Origin: Candidatus Bathyarchaeota archaeon
GTDB taxonomy: Archaea; Thermoproteota; Bathyarchaeia; Bathyarchaeales; Bathycorpusculaceae
Assembly: GCA_963827165.1 (NCBI GenBank)
Contig: CAWGZR010000005.1
Location: 576,001 to 640,000 of the forward strand
DNA: 64,000 bases
Direction of reading: 5' to 3'
Positions 30,555 through 38,842 of the stretch are shown in pieces; the first letter of the stretch is position 1; every line of letters begins with the position of its first letter. A program made the translations under genes and the position numbers. The notes beneath the pieces were generated by a model. That model saw only the letters and a list, made by a program, of their open reading frames with translations. It was not told the origin of the DNA and searched no databases.

Positions 30555-31634
30555 TTACGTCAAAACCAGCCTTTTGTTTCCGTACTTTACTTCCACCGTT
30601 TTCTTATCAGTTACTTTCCCTATGATTTCAGGCTTTTCCCCATCTATCTCCAACGCACTCATGGCTTTGTCCGCTTCAGATTTGTCCAAAATAATGCCAA
30701 AACCCCATCCCATGTTAAAAGTTTTGAACATTTCCTCATCAGAAATGCAGTAGCCTAATTCAGCCGCAGTCTTTTGGATCAGCTCGAATATGGGTTGTGG
30801 ACTGAAGTTGCTAAATTCAAAGCCTATCCCCGGCGAAAAATTAGCCAGGTTGTTAAATTTCATGTAACCATCACCCGTGATATGGACAGCCGCTTTCACC
30901 TTGACTTTGCTAGCCACCTTAAGAAGCGGCTTAACATAAATTTTCGTCGGCTCGAGCGCTTCAAGCACAACTTCCCTATCTAATCCTTCAGGGACATCGT
31001 TTGGCTGGTATTTTCCTCCCCACTGCTTAAACAAGATTTTTCTAACCATCGTTAAGCCGTTGCTATGCAATCCACTGCTTGCTAAGCCTATTATCGGGTC
31101 TTCCGGCTTGATGCCTTCGCCAGTTATGATGTTTTGCCGCTCAACCGTTCCAACTGACGCGACTACCATGTCAAAGCCTGTATTGTCGACTAAGCCTTTT
31201 ATTATTTCTGCCACATCACCTGTTTCCCCGCTTGTAACTGGGCACTCTGCTTCAGCGGCGCCTTGACCGATTCCTTTGAGCCACTCTCTTACAAGGCGAG
31301 GTTCACTGGCTTGCGCATGGATGTTGTCGGCAATTGCAAGGGGTCGGGCTCCTGAACGTATTACATCGTTAACCGCCATCGCCACCGCGTCGACGCCTAT
31401 AGTGTCATATTTGTTTGCCAATTGTGCCAAAAGAACTTTGGTTCCTACCCCTTCAATGACTAGGTCCAAAAAAGTGTTTTCGCCAACCGGAAAAATGTTG
31501 CCATATGGCAAACGCATTACATTGCCAAAGCGGCTGTACTTGTAAGTTTCCTGTAGATCTTTCAGGGCTTTTTTTGATTCGACGCGCTGCTGCCGATTTA
31601 CACCTGCATCCGTGTAAGTGAAGTTTTTGGGCAA
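30555..31634 (-). CDS. purM: AIR synthetase
   Basis: YTDAGVN, EGVGTK, MAVND, SGET, SSGLHSNG, HITGDG, TFNMGWG. Confidence 0.95.
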   Translation of the reverse strand: MPKNFTYTDAGVNRQQRVESKKALKDLQETYKYSRFGNVMRLPYGNIFPVGENTFLDLVIEGVGTKVLLAQLANKYDTIGVDAVAMAVNDVIRSGARPLAIADNIHAQASEPRLVREWLKGIGQGAAEAECPVTSGETGDVAEIIKGLVDNTGFDMVVASVGTVERQNIITGEGIKPEDPIIGLASSGLHSNGLTMVRKILFKQWGGKYQPNDVPEGLDREVVLEALEPTKIYVKPLLKVASKVKVKAAVHITGDGYMKFNNLANFSPGIGFEFSNFSPQPIFELIQKTAAELGYCISDEEMFKTFNMGWGFGIILDKSEADKAMSALEIDGEKPEIIGKVTDKKTVEVKYGNKRLVLT

Positions 31635-31859
31635 ACTGGTGTTCTCCTCGTAATCTTTCTGTTACGTTAGAAATAACGATTATGCTTGCTTTGAAGCCGG
31701 ATTGCAATTACATGTTTTTCTGGCCGATCAAAGAAAGAGGTTCTTGAGGTTTAACGGGCTTCAGTAGGTACGCGTCTGGGTAGGGGATCATATTGCTCAA
31801 ATGAAAACTAATATATTGCCGCGAACCCAACAAAAACAAGCCTGAGCCAAAATGTGCTT

Positions 31860-31936
31860 GCGGTCGTAGTCTAGCTTGGTTAGGACATCAGGTTCCCAAC
31901 CTGACAACCCGGGTTCAAATCCCGGTGACCGCACCA
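31860..31936 (+). tRNA. tRNA-Gly(CCC), CCA encoded, no intron
   Basis: Acceptor GCGGTCG/TGACCGC, anticodon arm TCAGG-TTCCCAA-CCTGA, T arm CCGGG-TTCAAAT-CCCGG, ends ACCA. Confidence 0.96.
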
Positions 31937-32048
31937 GAAATAATGGCTCTAAGTCTTTATCGCTCAAAACTTGGTTTTGAGCAAAAGACAAAAGAGGGAC
32001 GCTTCTTTGCATAATTGTAGGTGTTAAGTTATTCTTTCAGGTTATCTT

Positions 32049-32291
32049 ATGCTTCCAGTTCCCTCTTACACGCAGCAATACGTTAGGTGCCCAAACTGCG
32101 GTTCACAAATAACCGCGAATTCTAACTACTGCAACTTCTGCGGAATCGCGCTCCATCAACCCGTCCTGCTCAAAATATGCCCCGGATGCAGCACGAAAAT
32201 TCCTGCCAAATCGAAATTCTGTCCCGAATGCGGCAAGAAACAGCCCGCGGAAGCAACCCTGCAGAAGCCTACAGGGGATACCCAGCGCTAG
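32049..32291 (+). CDS. Double zinc-ribbon protein
   Basis: CPNCG, CNFCG, CPGC, CPECG. Confidence 0.8.
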   Translation: MLPVPSYTQQYVRCPNCGSQITANSNYCNFCGIALHQPVLLKICPGCSTKIPAKSKFCPECGKKQPAEATLQKPTGDTQR

Positions 32292-32757
32292 CTTTGGCGG
32301 TCAAGCCTTCAAGCCAAATTTGATGCTGCTTCTTCATCTGCTGTGGTCGAAGAGCCTTTCCAAATCGGGCGAGCCATCCACGCTGCGTTTCCTCTGTTAT
32401 CACAGTGCAGCCTGAAGGCGTTTTTTGGATAAGCCACGCATGGTAAGCATCAAACCCGTTGCGATGTGCATCCCAAGCCAGCCGCTCATCGGGTACGAAT
32501 TCAAGCACGGAGGAAACTATAGTTATGCCAAAAGTTTTCCAGTGGAATTGTGTTCCTAAGGCGAGGTCAGGTGGTTGGCCTTTTAGAAACTGGATATCGG
32601 ATGAGTTAGGATACCATGTCGGCCAAAGTTGTGCCCGTATTAGCCATGCCCACACAATTTCGGGACGCGCACTCATTGCAAGTTCGTTGTGGACGTGGAT
32701 TGGACTTTTTTCCGGTTGAAAACCGTCCGGCCAAAAGATTTGGTTTGGATTCGCCAT
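32269..32757 (-). CDS. SRPBCC/polyketide cyclase family protein
   Basis: ARPEIVWAWL...WPTWYP...ERLAW...YHAW...TEETQRG. Confidence 0.85.
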   Translation of the reverse strand: MANPNQIFWPDGFQPEKSPIHVHNELAMSARPEIVWAWLIRAQLWPTWYPNSSDIQFLKGQPPDLALGTQFHWKTFGITIVSSVLEFVPDERLAWDAHRNGFDAYHAWLIQKTPSGCTVITEETQRGWLARFGKALRPQQMKKQHQIWLEGLTAKASAGYPL

Positions 32758-32873
32758 GTAAAAAGCCTCATTTTTACTTAGTTTGTTCTAAGCTAAAAAC
32801 CTGACTATTCCACAAAAACAGGTTATGGGTTGCCTGCTAAAATCGGGTATTTGCTAAAGAAAGTTGCTCATTT

Positions 32874-35339
32874 TCATGACTGTTTTGTCTGTAGCGTTTT
32901 TGAGGCTTCGTCTGACGCCACGGTTAAGTTTTCTCTGGTTGCAGGGTTTATGTCTTGGGCGACCGTTTTAGGCTGTTCGCTTGTTTGCAGTTGCTGGGGT
33001 TGGACCTGTTTCCAGGCAACCATCACTTTCTTCTTAAACGCTTCTTCAAACATGTCTTTTTTCTTAGCTGCAGCGAACTCCTCTAAAATAGGGCTCAAAC
33101 TCACAAGACCCACAACAGTTACGTACTCGAAAGCTACGTGAACTTCCAAGCTTTGAACTATTGATTGGTGAGAGAAGTCCAAACCGTCGGCTAAACGCAA
33201 AATGCCCGCTAAAATCTTGACTTTTTCTTTTAATTCGGCTGTAAGTGATGTGAAGCTGTAATCCTTGTTTTTTGGGCTGCTCTTGCGATGGTATCTGGCT
33301 ATGTTACCTATTAATTGTCTCTCGACCGATGTAAATGGGAGTTTGGTCTCGTTTAGGATGATTTTTAAAGTGTTTTTCTGGTGTCCCTTGGGTCCTCGTG
33401 CCAAGCCAATGTCATGAAGAATAGCGGCGCATTCTAGCCAGCATCGTTCTCTTTTGCCGAGCATATGTAAGTCCTGCAGGGAGTCGAAAAGTTCCAGAGA
33501 TAGCTTTCTCACTTGCTCCGGATGCATTAGTTCTGGCCAATAAGTTTGCAAAATGATTTGGCTGCTCCTAGTCACCTCGCCGCATTTTTCTTCCATATCC
33601 TTCTGTTTAGCTTCGTCTTCAGCGATTATCTTCTCCAAAGACAGTCCCCGAAGCAGCATTTGGGCGTAGCTTTCAGGAGCACCTCTCCTTCTTAGGGCGT
33701 CTGCAGACGCCGCCACGTCATAATCGACTCTGATTAACTCAACAGAAAATGGGTTGACTGTGATCATTGCGTAGGCAGCCTGAGGGTTTCCATCGCCAGG
33801 TCTCCCGGCGCTTCCTGGATTAATGAACAGGGCTCCATCCGCTTTTTTTGTAAACTGATCGTGCGAATGACCAAAAATGATGATGTCAGCGCCTGATGTT
33901 TTAGCTAATTCTTGAAATCTCTGCTCAGGTGTATCATGGTATAGGTGTTCGTCAATTGAGACAGGGGATCCGTGAACTACGAGAAATTTTTTGTGAGCGA
34001 TTTCAAGCTCGAGTTTGAGGGGCAAGGTGTGAAGGTAAGTTTCATGAGATTTTTCTAACACCTTTCTAGCGTATTCCACCGAGAATTTCTTTGCGCCTTT
34101 GACTTTCTTATTCCTATCCAAGATTTCTAGGTCAAGATTGCCAATAACACTAAGCGTATTGTTTGAGTACAGCATTTCGATGATTTCGTTTGGAAAAGCC
34201 CCAAACCCCATCATGTCACCTGCGTTTAAGAAAACCGTAATTCCACGTGTTTTCGCGTCCTCAAGCACCGCTTCAAGAGCATTTAGGTTCCCATGAACAT
34301 CAGAAATTACACCGATTTTGACGTAGGGATTTGACAGTTCCGCCTGCGTTCTGTATCCTGCGGCTGTAAACCCGGCACTGGCGTTTTTCCTTAATTCCTC
34401 AAAGGCGTTTTTGCTTTTGTTTTCATCCCAAAAACTTACGAAACTTCGATATTCGTTCGCTCGTGTTTCTTTAATGAAGTCAAGAAACTTTAGGAGACTC
34501 TGGTCGCTCTCAATTGCACTCTGCCCATTTTCTGGGATATTTGGCATCTCCCTTCCTATTTCTTCAATGAATTTTGGGATACTCTGAACCCATACATCGC
34601 AATCGTGCATTTCGCCGAGAGTATCTTGAAAATTCTTCATCATTTTTATTTCTTCAGAGAGCTCTCCCTTGTAAAGAGGCGCAAAGACTTCCAAGGTGTA
34701 CCTAAGCCATTTGGCTCGGATCCGCATTTCGTGATGTTTGAGGATTTCGTTTTCCTTATGGACGTATTCTTCCATAGCTAAGAAATCGTCTAGTTTGGAG
34801 GATATTTGCCAGAAGGCCTTTTCGCGAACAGCGAACAAGTTGAAAGGGGTGTTGGCTGCTTCTTTTATTATTTGTTCGCATTGACTTGCCGTTTGCTGGA
34901 TAACTTTTGACTTTTTAAGTTCTTCAAGCCCATCGATAATCCCCATTTGTAAGCCTGTTCTCTGGTTAATGTGCCGCTCAGCCAATGCTTCCATCCCTTT
35001 TTTGGGCTCTGCGGGTTGAAGATTTTCAATGTAGTTTTTTATGAATAAAACTTGAACGTCTAAGTCTCTGGCCGCGCCCAAGAACTGTGTTACTTTTTTT
35101 ATTTCTTTTAGCCATTTTTTGTACCCTTTCTTTGGGAAACATTCTTTGAAGAGGGGCATTGCTGCTCGTATTCTTCGGGAGCTTACGCGCATTTTGTGGA
35201 CGTATTCTATGTCTTCGTTCTTTTCAACGCCTTCTGTTTGCGCTTCGATGGTTGAAAGGAGTTTCGCAAGGGCTTCAGCTCCAAAACGGCAATAGCTAGA
35301 ATCTATTATGGTGCAGTTAGGGTCAAAGCAGGTGTTCAT
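32874..35339 (-). CDS. CHAD + metallophosphoesterase (YfcE-like) + Ppx-type HD domain fusion, paralog 1
   Basis: CHAD: VHKMRVSSRRIRA, ARDLDV, HEMRIRAKWLRY, QDTLGEMHD; MPE: ISDVHGN, AGD, GNLD, HGSP, GHSH; HD: AAILHDIG, ARYHRK. Confidence 0.88.
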   Translation of the reverse strand: MNTCFDPNCTIIDSSYCRFGAEALAKLLSTIEAQTEGVEKNEDIEYVHKMRVSSRRIRAAMPLFKECFPKKGYKKWLKEIKKVTQFLGAARDLDVQVLFIKNYIENLQPAEPKKGMEALAERHINQRTGLQMGIIDGLEELKKSKVIQQTASQCEQIIKEAANTPFNLFAVREKAFWQISSKLDDFLAMEEYVHKENEILKHHEMRIRAKWLRYTLEVFAPLYKGELSEEIKMMKNFQDTLGEMHDCDVWVQSIPKFIEEIGREMPNIPENGQSAIESDQSLLKFLDFIKETRANEYRSFVSFWDENKSKNAFEELRKNASAGFTAAGYRTQAELSNPYVKIGVISDVHGNLNALEAVLEDAKTRGITVFLNAGDMMGFGAFPNEIIEMLYSNNTLSVIGNLDLEILDRNKKVKGAKKFSVEYARKVLEKSHETYLHTLPLKLELEIAHKKFLVVHGSPVSIDEHLYHDTPEQRFQELAKTSGADIIIFGHSHDQFTKKADGALFINPGSAGRPGDGNPQAAYAMITVNPFSVELIRVDYDVAASADALRRRGAPESYAQMLLRGLSLEKIIAEDEAKQKDMEEKCGEVTRSSQIILQTYWPELMHPEQVRKLSLELFDSLQDLHMLGKRERCWLECAAILHDIGLARGPKGHQKNTLKIILNETKLPFTSVERQLIGNIARYHRKSSPKNKDYSFTSLTAELKEKVKILAGILRLADGLDFSHQSIVQSLEVHVAFEYVTVVGLVSLSPILEEFAAAKKKDMFEEAFKKKVMVAWKQVQPQQLQTSEQPKTVAQDINPATRENLTVASDEASKTLQTKQS

Positions 35340-35511
35340 GTTAAACGCCTTATTGGTTGGTGGCGAAGCTTGACAGGTTCTTCCTTCTTGTTTTCCATTG
35401 CTTTGGTTGGAAAAACAAGAATCAAGATAGTCAACTCCCAGTTCGTAGGTTCTGAATTGCTAGTTTCAAGGTGTAGAAATAGTTAAATCCTTCTAGGAGT
35501 CTTACTGAAAT

Positions 35512-36132
35512 ATGAATTCTAAAACTTTAATGGAAACAGGATCCTCCGAATGGTTACCATTGAAAACGATAACCCTCGCAAATTTGCCTTCGGACAAAGG
35601 CGCCGTTGTTATAATTGTTGACAAAGAACTCTCTGGAAAACAAGAATCTGACATTTTATACATTGGACGGACAAAAAAACCCAGCAAAAGGATATTGGGT
35701 GGGTATCTGGCAGGCTATGGTGGAAAAAACACAAAAAAGATTAATCAGTTGCTTTTCGACCAAGGCTATATAGAAAAAGCCGCAGTTGGCTGGATTCTAA
35801 CGGAAAAACCGCGAATTATGCAAGAAGAACTACTCGCCAAATTTAAAGAAGAACACGGTGAATATCCCGTCTGGAACGCTAAAAAGAAACTCAGCGTAAA
35901 ACAAAAACAAGCTCCTCCAAAGCGCAAAGAAGTCCCCGCTCTTAAAGTAAAAACTCCACCTACGAAAGCTTCAACCGTAGCAAAGGGCACTCCAAAATCG
36001 AAAGTTGCTTCCACAAGGAAATCCGCTGCAAATTTGGAGTCAACAGCCAAAGCTGAGATGTCAAAGAAAGAAGAAAGCGCTGCAGAAACAACAGAAAAAG
36101 CAAAAGCCTCAGACACCGGAATGGCAACCTAA
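35512..36132 (+). CDS. GIY-YIG-like domain plus Lys/Ala/Ser/Thr-rich low-complexity tail
   Basis: LYIGRT..KRI...EELL...HGEYPVWN; about 80 aa basic tail. Confidence 0.7.
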   Translation: MNSKTLMETGSSEWLPLKTITLANLPSDKGAVVIIVDKELSGKQESDILYIGRTKKPSKRILGGYLAGYGGKNTKKINQLLFDQGYIEKAAVGWILTEKPRIMQEELLAKFKEEHGEYPVWNAKKKLSVKQKQAPPKRKEVPALKVKTPPTKASTVAKGTPKSKVASTRKSAANLESTAKAEMSKKEESAAETTEKAKASDTGMAT

Positions 36133-36338
36133 AGAGAGATTCTAACTACTCTTCTTTTTTCTTTTTGTTTTTTGAGCCTTATGTTTTTCAAGATAGACTT
36201 TTCCCTAATTTTTTCTGTTTAGCTATCATTTACGGTTGAATCTGCGTTATTTTTTTTTTGAGTTTGGTCATTTCAATTCCGGCCAATGGAGTAGCTATTA
36301 TTAGGCACCGTAACTTATTCTCATTGAGGCAGTTTTAG

Positions 36339-37241
36339 ATGTCAATGGGCTCTGAAGATTTCAAGGTGTCACCTGGTAAAAAGAATAATTTGAAGGATTT
36401 TGACCCTTCTTGGATTCCTAAATGGGCCAAGAAACAGGAAGATGAAGAAGGTAAAAAAGCAACAAAAGACCAGGCGTCAGCTATTCTTGAAGCGAATACG
36501 CAGAAACTGATTGAGCTGCAGGAGTTATTTTGGGCAAGCCATTCTTATTCCATCCTGATTATTCTGCAAGGAATGGACGCAGCAGGAAAAGACAGCGTTA
36601 TCAGGCATGTGTTATCAGGCGTAAACCCTCAGGGCTGTCAAGTCACGGCTTTCAAAACACCCTCTGAAGAGGAATTGGATCATGATTTTCTATGGCGCAA
36701 CGTGAAAGCTCTTCCGGAAAAAGGAAGTATAGGGATTTTTAATCGTTCATACTACGAAGACGTGTTAATTGTCAAGGTTCGCCCCGAGGTATTGGAAAAA
36801 GAGATGTTGCCTTCGGACGTGGAGGGAAAACAGTTCTGGAGTCAACGGTATGAAGACATAAACATGTTTGAGCGGCACTTGGTTCGAAGTGGCACTGTGG
36901 TTTTGAAGTTCTTTCTGCACGTTTCGAAAGAGGAGCAGAAACAGCGTTTTCTTAAACGCCTTGAAGACCCGAAAAAAAATTGGAAGTTTTCACCAAATGA
37001 TCTTTCAGAACGCTCAAAGTGGGCAGATTATATGGATGCATACGAAGAAATGGTAAATGAAACTAGCACTGAATGGGCACCATGGTATATTATTCCTGCG
37101 GATAAAAAATGGGTTACGCATGCGTCTGTTTCTGAGATTATAGTGTCACAAATTGAGAAACTTGGTCTAAAGTATCCCGCCTTAACTAAAGAGCAAAAGG
37201 GAGCTTTGGAAAAGGCGAAAGCTGAGCTAGAAAATGAATAA
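36339..37241 (+). CDS. ppk2: Polyphosphate kinase 2 (class III-like)
   Basis: QGMDAAGKDS Walker A, FKTPSEEELDHDFLWR, FNRSYYEDVL, APWYIIPADKKW. Confidence 0.95.
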   Translation: MSMGSEDFKVSPGKKNNLKDFDPSWIPKWAKKQEDEEGKKATKDQASAILEANTQKLIELQELFWASHSYSILIILQGMDAAGKDSVIRHVLSGVNPQGCQVTAFKTPSEEELDHDFLWRNVKALPEKGSIGIFNRSYYEDVLIVKVRPEVLEKEMLPSDVEGKQFWSQRYEDINMFERHLVRSGTVVLKFFLHVSKEEQKQRFLKRLEDPKKNWKFSPNDLSERSKWADYMDAYEEMVNETSTEWAPWYIIPADKKWVTHASVSEIIVSQIEKLGLKYPALTKEQKGALEKAKAELENE

Positions 37242-37255
37242 ACTGGTTGAATCAC

Positions 37256-38842
37256 TTACACGTTTGGCGTGACTACGCAATGAACGTCTAGCTGCTTCTT
37301 GAAAGCTTCGTAGAACGCTTGTCGATTCTGGATGATGCTCCATTCTTCAAAGCTGCAGTCCGAATCTGAGTAAAACGATAGTAGTACCTGATCCTTGTTG
37401 ATTTTGACGAATTCGGCTTTCTTTACAAGTGCGCTGTGGCTGCGGTCAAGCTTTTCAGCAAACCTAAGAAACGTTGAAAGAATGGCGATACATTCCTTAG
37501 TTCGTTCATCCAAACCTGAGGTTTTAAGCGCTTTTCTTGAAGGCAACTTTTTGCGGTGAAAACGTGCGATGTTGCCCATCATTTGGATTTCTTTTCGATC
37601 AAAACCAAGAAGTTCCGCGTTACAAATGATGTAGTGAGAATGAAGCTGGTGATCATTAAATGAGAGAAAGTCGCCTACGTCATGCAAAATAGATGCGTAC
37701 TTCAAAAGTTCTTTTTCGGCCTCTCCCAAGTTGTGAAGCCCAATTTGTTTCGCGCTGTCAAAAAGCTGAAGCGCCAAAGAAGTCACAGCATCAGAATGTT
37801 TCTCATCAAAGTTGCAGGACCTGCCCAAATGCAAAACGCTCCTGTTCCTCATAGGAGTCTTTTGAAGCTCTCGGAACCCCTCAAATTTTGAAAGGTAATC
37901 AACCAGAAGTCCATCTCGAAGTTCTCTGCGGCTAACGGATATTTCTTCCAAACCTAACTCTTCCATAATCGCTTCCATGACGGCCGCTCCGGCAATTATG
38001 ATGTCGGCTCGATCAGGATTGATGGCGGGCAAGTTTTTTCTTTCTTCAAGCGACAAAGAGCATAGAATCGGCGCAAGTTTCCTTAGATTCTTTCTAGATA
38101 ATGTTAGACCGTTCCCATTTCCGTTGCCGTTCTTTTTGAATAGTTTGTTTGCTATTTCCGCTAAGTTTATGACTGTGCCCGATGACCCCCATGCCAATCT
38201 GACACCGTACTCTTGTACCTTAGTTTTTGCCACTCGAACTTTACCGCACGCATACTGCTTCATCTGCTTGTAGGTGTTTATGGCAATAGGCCCAGTCCAC
38301 CCCTCGCCAATGAACTGGGTTGTCATCCTAATTGCTCCCAGCTTTAGACTGTTCACGTAGAAGCATTGATATTGGTCTCCGATGCAAATCTCGGTGCTTC
38401 CACCGCCTAAATCTATAAAAATAGCCTTTTCCTCGCCGATATTCACACCGCTCGAAACGCCAAGACAAATCAAGCGGGCTTCTTCTTCCCCTGAAATCAC
38501 TTTTACCTTGAGCCCGGTTGCAGCCCGAAGTTTTTGAAGAAAATCAAGCTGGTTTTCGGCTTCTCGAATTGCTGAAGTCCCAACCGCTATTATTTCTGCA
38601 GCGCCGTAAGTCTTGGCAAGTTCAACAAATTTTCCACAGACGAAAATTGCTCGCTCCATGGCTTCTGGCTTGAGAATATTGTCTTTGAATTCTTGCTCGC
38701 CTAGCCGAATGACTTCTTTTTCTTGGCTGATGATTGTGTAAGAGAAATTGGGGTTTATCCTCACCACTAAAAGACGTACTGCATTCGTTCCGATGTCCAC
38801 GAAACCAACTATCTGCTCGGCGTTTTTTCCTGTTTCTTCCAT
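37256..38842 (-). CDS. ppx: Ppx/GppA exopolyphosphatase with C-terminal HD domain
   Basis: DIGTNAVRL, TSAIREA, SGEEEARL, DLGGGSTE, RADII, LRDG, LHDVG. Confidence 0.93.
   Translation of the reverse strand: MEETGKNAEQIVGFVDIGTNAVRLLVVRINPNFSYTIISQEKEVIRLGEQEFKDNILKPEAMERAIFVCGKFVELAKTYGAAEIIAVGTSAIREAENQLDFLQKLRAATGLKVKVISGEEEARLICLGVSSGVNIGEEKAIFIDLGGGSTEICIGDQYQCFYVNSLKLGAIRMTTQFIGEGWTGPIAINTYKQMKQYACGKVRVAKTKVQEYGVRLAWGSSGTVINLAEIANKLFKKNGNGNGNGLTLSRKNLRKLAPILCSLSLEERKNLPAINPDRADIIIAGAAVMEAIMEELGLEEISVSRRELRDGLLVDYLSKFEGFRELQKTPMRNRSVLHLGRSCNFDEKHSDAVTSLALQLFDSAKQIGLHNLGEAEKELLKYASILHDVGDFLSFNDHQLHSHYIICNAELLGFDRKEIQMMGNIARFHRKKLPSRKALKTSGLDERTKECIAILSTFLRFAEKLDRSHSALVKKAEFVKINKDQVLLSFYSDSDCSFEEWSIIQNRQAFYEAFKKQLDVHCVVTPNV

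Noticed and set aside
31797-32012. 71-aa minus-strand ORF
   Set aside because: Antisense to tRNA-Gly
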